DNA of 46,831 nt, taken from the NCBI GenBank assembly GCA_045603205.1, contig JAZULS010000093.1, positions 1 to 46,831 on the forward strand, given 5' to 3'. The notes under the pieces are model-generated. The model searched no databases, had not been told where the DNA came from, and saw only the letters and a program-made list of their open reading frames with translations. Below, one piece after another: positions 41,563 to 46,831 of the stretch. Numbering within the stretch: the stretch's first letter is position 1; every line of letters starts with the position of its first letter. Source of the DNA: Eubacteriales bacterium (GTDB lineage Bacteria; Bacillota; Clostridia; Oscillospirales; CAG-272). A program made the position numbers and the translations under genes.

Positions 41563-42696
41563 TCAGTCGCGGGTAACGTACTCGCCGATGAATACCTTAC
41601 AGTCGTGAGCTGGAAGCTCAAACTTGATGTAGTCACCGAGATAATCAACAGTCTCACCGGTGAATACTTCGGTTAGTTTGATGCTGAATCCTGCGTTGAT
41701 GGGGAGTCCGATCTCGTGAGGAATGAGGTCAGCACCTGCCGCGTCATCGCCCAGGTTAAAGAAGCCGAGAGCAACCTGATTGTTAGAAAGGTGCTTGAAC
41801 ATGGTATATGTCATGGGGCTTCTGGGAGAGTTAATAACGATGGGGGCACGGCACTCAGCGTCAGCGTTGATTCTGAGTAGTCCGGGGTTTTTGAAAAGCT
41901 CAAGAGTTTCGGGACGTATGCGTCTGATATCCGTACCGATCATGAGGGGAGAGTTGGCCATACACCAGAGAGCGAAGTGTGTCTTGTATTCGGTGTCTCC
42001 GCAAAGTCCGGGGTGACCAACGTTTCCGATACCATCCATGCCGCAGATCAGCATGTCCATATCGTTGTAGCATCCGGAAGAAGCGTAACGCCACTTGTCG
42101 AACTGGCTTGTGGAAATATCAATAACGCTGGAGAATCTCTCGCCAATGTCACCGGTAGAGCGGTAAAGATGCGCACCTGTGGAACGAATCCACTTCTCAG
42201 CTTCGTTATGCCCCCAGTTGCAGGCGGAGAAAACAATGTCACGTCCGGTTGCTCTCAGCGCCATACCCATTCTGTTGTAGTAAAGATGAGGATCCTTTCC
42301 GTGGGGGAAGAAGCAGTAGTCGTACTTCAGGTAGTCAACACCAAAGTTTGCAAATGTTTCAGCGTCGATAAACTCGCGGTCAAAGCTGGCGGGGAAGCCT
42401 GCACACGTGAAAAGTCCTGCACAGGAATACATACCGAACTTGAGTCCGAGAGAGTGGACGTAGTCGGAGAGAGCCTTGATACCGCTTGGGAAAAGGTCAA
42501 AATTTTCTACGAGACGGTCGTTAGCATCGCGGTCTGGCTGTGCCCAGCAGTCGTCAATAACGACGTATTCATATCCGACATCTCGAAGACCTGTGGAAAC
42601 GAGAGCTTCGGCAGTTTCGCGGATAACCTGCTCGTTGATCTGATTGCCGAATGTGTTCCAAGAATTCCAACCCATCGGCGGCTTGTTAATAATCAT
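41563..42696 (-). CDS. GH27 alpha-galactosidase (copy B, tandem paralog)
   Basis: MIINKPPMGWNSWNTFG, YEYVVIDDCW, YLKYDYC and NDMDML. It is collinear with copy A but clearly diverged. AAGGAG RBS. Confidence 0.85.
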   Translation of the reverse strand: MIINKPPMGWNSWNTFGNQINEQVIRETAEALVSTGLRDVGYEYVVIDDCWAQPDRDANDRLVENFDLFPSGIKALSDYVHSLGLKFGMYSCAGLFTCAGFPASFDREFIDAETFANFGVDYLKYDYCFFPHGKDPHLYYNRMGMALRATGRDIVFSACNWGHNEAEKWIRSTGAHLYRSTGDIGERFSSVIDISTSQFDKWRYASSGCYNDMDMLICGMDGIGNVGHPGLCGDTEYKTHFALWCMANSPLMIGTDIRRIRPETLELFKNPGLLRINADAECRAPIVINSPRSPMTYTMFKHLSNNQVALGFFNLGDDAAGADLIPHEIGLPINAGFSIKLTEVFTGETVDYLGDYIKFELPAHDCKVFIGEYVTRD

Positions 42697-42765
42697 ATTT
42701 AACTCCTTTCAAGTCAAAAGACTGTAGATGGAAAACATAATCTTGTTATACCGATCACTTTTTGA

Positions 42766-42794
42766 ATTGTAGCATATTTATATAGTAAAGTCAA
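42766..42794 (-). promoter_or_regulatory. Candidate sigma-A promoter of the GH27 operon
   Basis: On the minus strand: TTGACT (42794-42789), a 17-nt spacer, then TACAAT (42771-42766). Confidence 0.5.
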
Positions 42795-42846
42795 CCGAAT
42801 TGCTGTTATTTATCGTTAATTTGCATTAATTTAAAGAGGATTTTTC

Positions 42847-42875
42847 TTGACAAGCGTATCAACCCACCGTATAAT
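42847..42875 (+). promoter_or_regulatory. Perfect-consensus sigma-A promoter of birA
   Basis: TTGACA (42847-42852), a 17-nt spacer, then TATAAT (42870-42875). Confidence 0.6.
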
Positions 42876-42915
42876 TTACTGTAGAAGCAGGAAATAATTC
42901 CGGGAGGTGACGTGA

Positions 42916-43710
42916 TTGAATAAAGAGAAACGTATTTCTGAAGAAACTATCTGCAATCATCTGAGATACGATCTTCCAAGGGTTGATGTTAGACGGGAGA
43001 TTACCTCTACCAATACCGTTTTAAAAGAGCTTGCCGCCTCAGGGGCACCGGAATGGTATCTTCTGACTTCCGAAGAGCAGACTGCGGGGCGGGGAAGACT
43101 TGGACGAAGTTTTGCATCACCCTCGAAAACAGGAATATATATGAGCCTCTTGCTTAAGGGCGAAAAAATACTTGAAAATCCTGCGGAAATCACTGCCACA
43201 GCCGCCGTTGCAGTATCATCGGCGATTCAAAAGGTCTGTGGAGTGGAAACGGGAATCAAGTGGGTCAACGATCTTTTCGTCAGCGGCAAAAAAGTCTGCG
43301 GAATCTTAGCGGAAGGCTCAACAGGCACCTCTGTCAGCGAAACCCCTTTCGTGGTCCTTGGCATCGGTGTCAACCTGTTCAAGCCGAAGATGGGGTTCGG
43401 AGATCTGTCCCACATCGCCGACGGAATCTTGCCTTATCGGGAGGATACCGCAGAACTTCGCGGACGGCTCATCGCAGAGATCTCCAACGAATTTTTAGAC
43501 AGATATACCCAAGGTAACGCTGTAGAAGTGTACAGTGAATACAAGAGGAAGCTTATGATCCTTGGCAAAGAGGTGTGCTTCAGACGGGGTGAAGGAACGT
43601 TGACAGTCCGAGTTATAGACCTTGACTCTGACTTCAGACTCCTTGTTGAACATCCGTCAGGAGAGAGGGAATACCTTCAAACAGGGGAAATAAGCATAAT
43701 TTCCTTTTAA
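42916..43710 (+). CDS. birA: Biotin-[acetyl-CoA-carboxylase] ligase, class I (no N-terminal HTH)
   Basis: GRGRLGRSF motif and KWVNDL. At 264 aa there is no room for a DNA-binding domain. TTG start 8 nt after GGAGG. Confidence 0.8.
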   Translation: MNKEKRISEETICNHLRYDLPRVDVRREITSTNTVLKELAASGAPEWYLLTSEEQTAGRGRLGRSFASPSKTGIYMSLLLKGEKILENPAEITATAAVAVSSAIQKVCGVETGIKWVNDLFVSGKKVCGILAEGSTGTSVSETPFVVLGIGVNLFKPKMGFGDLSHIADGILPYREDTAELRGRLIAEISNEFLDRYTQGNAVEVYSEYKRKLMILGKEVCFRRGEGTLTVRVIDLDSDFRLLVEHPSGEREYLQTGEISIISF

Positions 43711-43725
43711 ATTCACAGAAAATTA

Positions 43726-43754
43726 TTGAATTAGCGAAAAATATATACTATAAT
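43726..43754 (+). promoter_or_regulatory. Candidate sigma-A promoter of yajC
   Basis: TTGAAT (43726-43731), a 17-nt spacer, then TATAAT (43749-43754). Confidence 0.5.
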
Positions 43755-43799
43755 ACTATTATGCAAATAAGCAAAATAATTTGAAAGGTAATAAAAAAG

Positions 43800-44117
43800 A
43801 TGTTTTATTTTCTTGAAGGTGAAGCAGCAGCTAATCCCGGAAGTTCTCTTCTCTCTATAGGTATGCTGGTTGCTATGGTTCTTCTGTTCTACTTCTTCCT
43901 CTACAGACCTCAGAAGAAGCAGGAGAAGGAAACAAACGCTATGCGTAATAACCTGACTGTAGGTGATGAGATCACAACTATCGGCGGAATTATCGGTAAG
44001 ATCGTTTCCATCAAGGACGAGACTGTTCTTATCGAGACCGGCCGCGACAAGGTTCGTATCCGTATTCTCCGCACCGCAGTTCGTAACGTTGACGTTCACG
44101 CTGAGGATGCTCAGTAA
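43800..44117 (+). CDS. yajC: Preprotein translocase subunit YajC
   Basis: A single TM segment followed by YRPQKKQEKE and GDEITTIGGIIGKIVSI, the canonical YajC pattern. Confidence 0.85.
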   Translation: MFYFLEGEAAANPGSSLLSIGMLVAMVLLFYFFLYRPQKKQEKETNAMRNNLTVGDEITTIGGIIGKIVSIKDETVLIETGRDKVRIRILRTAVRNVDVHAEDAQ

Positions 44118-44143
44118 TTCACCGAAACTGTAATATAATAGCT

Positions 44144-44192
44144 CCCTCCCGAATAGATATGTGGTATAACGTATCGGCGGGAGGGCTTTTCT
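44144..44192 (+). terminator. Terminator-like hairpin after yajC
   Basis: CCCTCCCG (44144-44151) pairs with CGGGAGGG (44178-44185) around a long loop, followed by CTTTTCTT. Confidence 0.45.
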
Positions 44193-44224
44193 TCCCGAAA
44201 GAATATTTAGGGAGGGAAAGATAA

Positions 44225-44662
44225 ATGAAAGAAAACGGCGGAGTTATTCTTTTTGTCAAAACAGTTTTATTTGGTGTGTTGTCTGCGGCAGGGGCGGCGC
44301 TTCTGTTGATTATTGCAGGTGCACTTGTTTCTCTCGGATCTTCAAATCCCGAGAGTTTGGTAATTCCTATCGGTTGTGGGGCGTTAGCTTGCAGTGTTTT
44401 CGTCGGCGGAGTGGTTTCGGGCAGACTTGGAGAAAAAGTTGGTTTCTCAGGCGTAGCTACATCTGCGGTGGCAGGTGTTTTTCAAGTGTTACTGATGTTT
44501 CTTTTAACGGTTCTCCCCGTTGAGCCTTTTATGAATCCGAATTCTCTCTTGCGGCTCGGCATCTATACTTTGGTAGTATTGCTTTCACTTTTAGGCGGAG
44601 TGATCGGACGTCCACGAGAACGAAAGCACTCGCATTATCCGAAAAAGCATAAAAGAAGATAA
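44225..44662 (+). CDS. Small polytopic membrane protein (YrzE-like, next to yajC as in Bacillus)
   Basis: 145 aa with four hydrophobic segments and a basic C-terminus. Its position next to yajC recalls B. subtilis yrzE. The family assignment is from memory, not searched. Confidence 0.5.
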   Translation: MKENGGVILFVKTVLFGVLSAAGAALLLIIAGALVSLGSSNPESLVIPIGCGALACSVFVGGVVSGRLGEKVGFSGVATSAVAGVFQVLLMFLLTVLPVEPFMNPNSLLRLGIYTLVVLLSLLGGVIGRPRERKHSHYPKKHKRR

Positions 44663-44664
44663 CT

Positions 44665-44698
44665 AAAAGCCCATTGTGTTTGCAATGGGCTTTTGTTC
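44665..44698 (+). terminator. Intrinsic terminator
   Basis: AAAAGCCCATTG (44665-44676) pairs with CAATGGGCTTTT (44683-44694), followed by GTTC. Confidence 0.7.
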
Positions 44699-44716
44699 TG
44701 ATTTGTCTCCGTAGTC

Positions 44717-44745
44717 TTTACAAATCTGTCCAATTATGGTATAAT
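44717..44745 (+). promoter_or_regulatory. Strong sigma-A promoter of the acyltransferase-like operon
   Basis: TTTACA (44717-44722), a 17-nt spacer ending in TGG, then TATAAT (44740-44745). Confidence 0.55.
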
Positions 44746-44786
44746 CTCGTCATAAGTAAAGATTTTACGGTAAAGGGGGAACGTAC

Positions 44787-46085
44787 ATGGAAAAGCAAAG
44801 ACGATGGCTTAGACTCGACAATGCCGCTAAGATTTACCCTGCGGCTCGTAGCCGTTCATGGAGTAACCTTTTCAGAGTGTCCTGTACATTGAACGAGGAC
44901 GTGGACAGAGAAGTGCTTCAGCGTGCTCTCGAGGTAACAGTCAAGCGTTTTCCCTCTGTTGCTGTGAGGATCCGTAGGGGACTCTTCTGGTACTACCTTG
45001 AGGAGGTTACAAAAGCTCCCGAGATCAAGGACGAATACGCTTATCCCCTTGATAGAATGCCTTTCGACGACATCAGAAAATGTGCATTTAGAACCATTGT
45101 ACATAAAAATAGGATTGCTGTAGAATTTTTCCACGCTGTCACCGACGGCAACGGCGGAGTCGTGTTTCTCAAGACCCTTGTTGCCGAATATCTGAGACAG
45201 AAGTACAACGTAACGATACCAAGTGAATACGGAATTCTTGACGTTGAAGAGGAAACTACCGATGCGGAGCTTGAGGACAGCTATCTGAAAAACTACGGCA
45301 TCGTCAGCTACGACCGAGGAGAGCCTGACGCTTACCGCCTTGACGGTACAGTAGAGAAAGACGGATTTCTTAACGTAATTTCAGGTGAACTTGACGTTAA
45401 GGAGGTTTTGGCACGTGCCAGAAGCTACGGCGTCAGCCTTACAACGTTTTTGACGTCTGTAATGATCGACTGCGTTATCAAATTGCAGAATAAGCGTGTG
45501 CCTAACCGCCGTCGCCAAAAGCCCGTCAAAATTCTTCTCCCCGTAAATCTCAGAACTATATTTGGAAGCTCGTCCCTCAGAAATTTCGTTCTTTACATAA
45601 CTCCCGGAATTGACCCGAGGCTGGGAGACTATACCTTTGACGAGATCGTAAAATCCGTACATCACCAGATGGGTTATGAGCTTGACCGTCATCAAATGGC
45701 GGCGAGGATCACGGCAAACGTAAAGCTCGAACAGCTCTTTATAGTCAAAATTCTGCCTCTCTTCATAAAGAATCCCATAATGAAGCTCGTATTCAATCTG
45801 GTGGGAGAGAAGAAATCCTGCCTGACCCTTTCAAATCTCGGTCTTACCAAAGTCCCCCTTGAAATGGAAGGCTTTGTACGTCGCTTTGATTTCGTTCTCG
45901 GACCTCAGTCCAAGTGCAAAAACAACTGCGGAGTCATATCCTTCGGAGATAAGCTTTACATTAACTTCCTCAGAACTATTGAAGAAAGCGAGCTTGAAAG
46001 AGATTTCTTCTGTGCCCTTGTGAAAATGGGACTTAAAGTTAAACTTGAGAGTAACTCAAGAGCGGAATTTGATAAAACAAACTAA
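44787..46085 (+). CDS. HxxxD-motif acyltransferase-like protein (condensation / alcohol-acetyltransferase / PapA5-like fold), function unknown
   Basis: The N-terminus LDNAAKIYPAA is followed by FFHAVTDGNGG, an HxxxD catalytic motif at ~residue 115. At 432 aa the size fits a two-lobed CAT-like fold. No TM segment or signal peptide. Confidence 0.6.
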   Translation: MEKQRRWLRLDNAAKIYPAARSRSWSNLFRVSCTLNEDVDREVLQRALEVTVKRFPSVAVRIRRGLFWYYLEEVTKAPEIKDEYAYPLDRMPFDDIRKCAFRTIVHKNRIAVEFFHAVTDGNGGVVFLKTLVAEYLRQKYNVTIPSEYGILDVEEETTDAELEDSYLKNYGIVSYDRGEPDAYRLDGTVEKDGFLNVISGELDVKEVLARARSYGVSLTTFLTSVMIDCVIKLQNKRVPNRRRQKPVKILLPVNLRTIFGSSSLRNFVLYITPGIDPRLGDYTFDEIVKSVHHQMGYELDRHQMAARITANVKLEQLFIVKILPLFIKNPIMKLVFNLVGEKKSCLTLSNLGLTKVPLEMEGFVRRFDFVLGPQSKCKNNCGVISFGDKLYINFLRTIEESELERDFFCALVKMGLKVKLESNSRAEFDKTN

Positions 46086-46102
46086 GGAAAAGGATGAATT
46101 AA

Positions 46103-46801
46103 ATGTACTGTATCAAATGCGGTGTTGAACTTGCCGACAGTGAGATTTTTTGTCCCCTGTGTCAGACAAAGGTGTATCACCCCGAAATTAATATAGAAAA
46201 TTCAGAGGGACCGTATCCCATCAATAACTTGAGAACAAGAAAGACTGTAAACGTCAGAGGACTTTTGTTCCTCATTACCGTGTGTATGGCAGCTCTTTCC
46301 TGTGTGCTTCTGCTGTGCGATTTGAAGATTTCCGGCACAGTTGTGTGGTCGGGATATTCAGTCGGCGGACTCCTTCTGCTGTATGAGGCTGTGGTTTTGC
46401 CTGCATGGTTTAAGCGACCCAATCCGGTCATCTTCGTTCCCGTATGGTTTGCCTGTGCTATCGCATTTCTTCTTTATGTCAATCTCAGCGTCGGCGGAGG
46501 GTGGTTTATGTCCTTCGCTTTCCCCACGGCTGGCACCATCGGACTGATAGTTACCGCGGCAGTGACTCTTTATAAGTATCTCAAAAGAGGCTACCTTTAT
46601 ATCACAGGCGGACTTATTCTTGCTCTCGGATTCTCCACGGTGCTCATAGAGTTCCTCATTCGCATAACCTTTAAAGTAGGGCAAGGTATTCCGTGGTCGG
46701 TATATCCCGTAACCGTAGGCTTTTTTGTCGGTATGTCGCTGATAGTTATAGCAATCTGTAAGCCTCTCAGACTTACTCTTCAGAAAAAGTTGTTCATTTG
46801 A
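46103..46801 (+). CDS. Polytopic membrane protein with an N-terminal zinc ribbon, function unknown
   Basis: MYCIKCGVELADSEIFCPLCQ has the pattern CxxC-x10-CxxC. About five hydrophobic segments follow. It starts 18 nt after the acyltransferase-like gene and has its own AAGGAAAAGGA RBS. Confidence 0.6.
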   Translation: MYCIKCGVELADSEIFCPLCQTKVYHPEINIENSEGPYPINNLRTRKTVNVRGLLFLITVCMAALSCVLLLCDLKISGTVVWSGYSVGGLLLLYEAVVLPAWFKRPNPVIFVPVWFACAIAFLLYVNLSVGGGWFMSFAFPTAGTIGLIVTAAVTLYKYLKRGYLYITGGLILALGFSTVLIEFLIRITFKVGQGIPWSVYPVTVGFFVGMSLIVIAICKPLRLTLQKKLFI

Positions 46802-46831
46802 AGCTTGTCTTCAAAAAAACATTTTTTGTGA

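Noticed and set aside
1-46831. A whole-window scan for CRISPR arrays, IS elements or transposases, integrases, toxin-antitoxin pairs, restriction-modification or other known defence genes, rRNA and intact tRNA
   Set aside because: None was found. There are no regularly spaced 25-40-bp repeats, no terminal inverted repeats around an ORF, and no ORF with recombinase, nuclease or methylase motifs. The only mobile-element traces are the tRNA fragment and repeats at the left edge.

Overview
This 46,831-nt window reads as ordinary chromosomal DNA of an anaerobic, saccharolytic Firmicute. The Clostridia-like call is inference from gene content and synteny (MOP flippase-tilS-hpt-ftsH, yajC plus a YrzE-like membrane protein, class 3 FBPase, rubredoxin). 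I support about 45 protein genes, one riboswitch, one truncated tRNA gene, and a set of sigma-A-type promoters and intrinsic terminators. From left to right: (1) An AT-rich left edge (about 1-1680) has no convincing gene except a membrane-anchored XRE regulator. It holds the 3' half of a tRNA-Ser-like gene, a 13-bp direct-repeat pair and four phased ~20-bp repeats, and looks like a scar of integrated element(s). (2) A Pho-type two-component pair sits next to a Na/Pi-PhoU cotransporter. (3) A MATE exporter and a GH63-like hydrolase follow. (4) A co-directional redox/metal cluster (ldhA, 4Fe-4S protein, ferritin, a rubredoxin missing from the ORF track, ZIP transporter, trxA) lies divergent from a Crp/Fnr regulator, with a 16-bp palindrome between them. 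(5) Next come melA(GH4)-rpiB-tsaB-tsaE, a RadC-like JAB protein, hemolysin III and fbp. (6) Then a SpoVB/YabM-type flippase, a small membrane protein and tilS-hpt-ftsH. (7) Then a nitroreductase, a GH36-clan raffinose-synthase-like enzyme, an Fe-S aldo/keto reductase, a MATE exporter, a heterodimeric ABC exporter with a degenerate ATP site, and a polysaccharide deacetylase. (8) Then trkA-trkH, a preQ1-I riboswitch with queT, a small Cys-rich protein and two tandem GH27 alpha-galactosidases. (9) Finally birA, yajC, a YrzE-like membrane protein, and an HxxxD acyltransferase-like gene paired with a zinc-ribbon polytopic membrane protein. I saw no rRNA, intact tRNA, CRISPR array, transposase, integrase or recognisable defence gene. 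I did not find a compelling new multi-gene system. The best candidates for something undescribed are the HxxxD acyltransferase / zinc-ribbon membrane protein operon (44717-46801) and the repeat-bounded XRE module with iteron-like repeats at the left edge. All coordinates for non-ORF features were counted by hand against ORF-track anchors. No GC content, identity or fold energy was computed.
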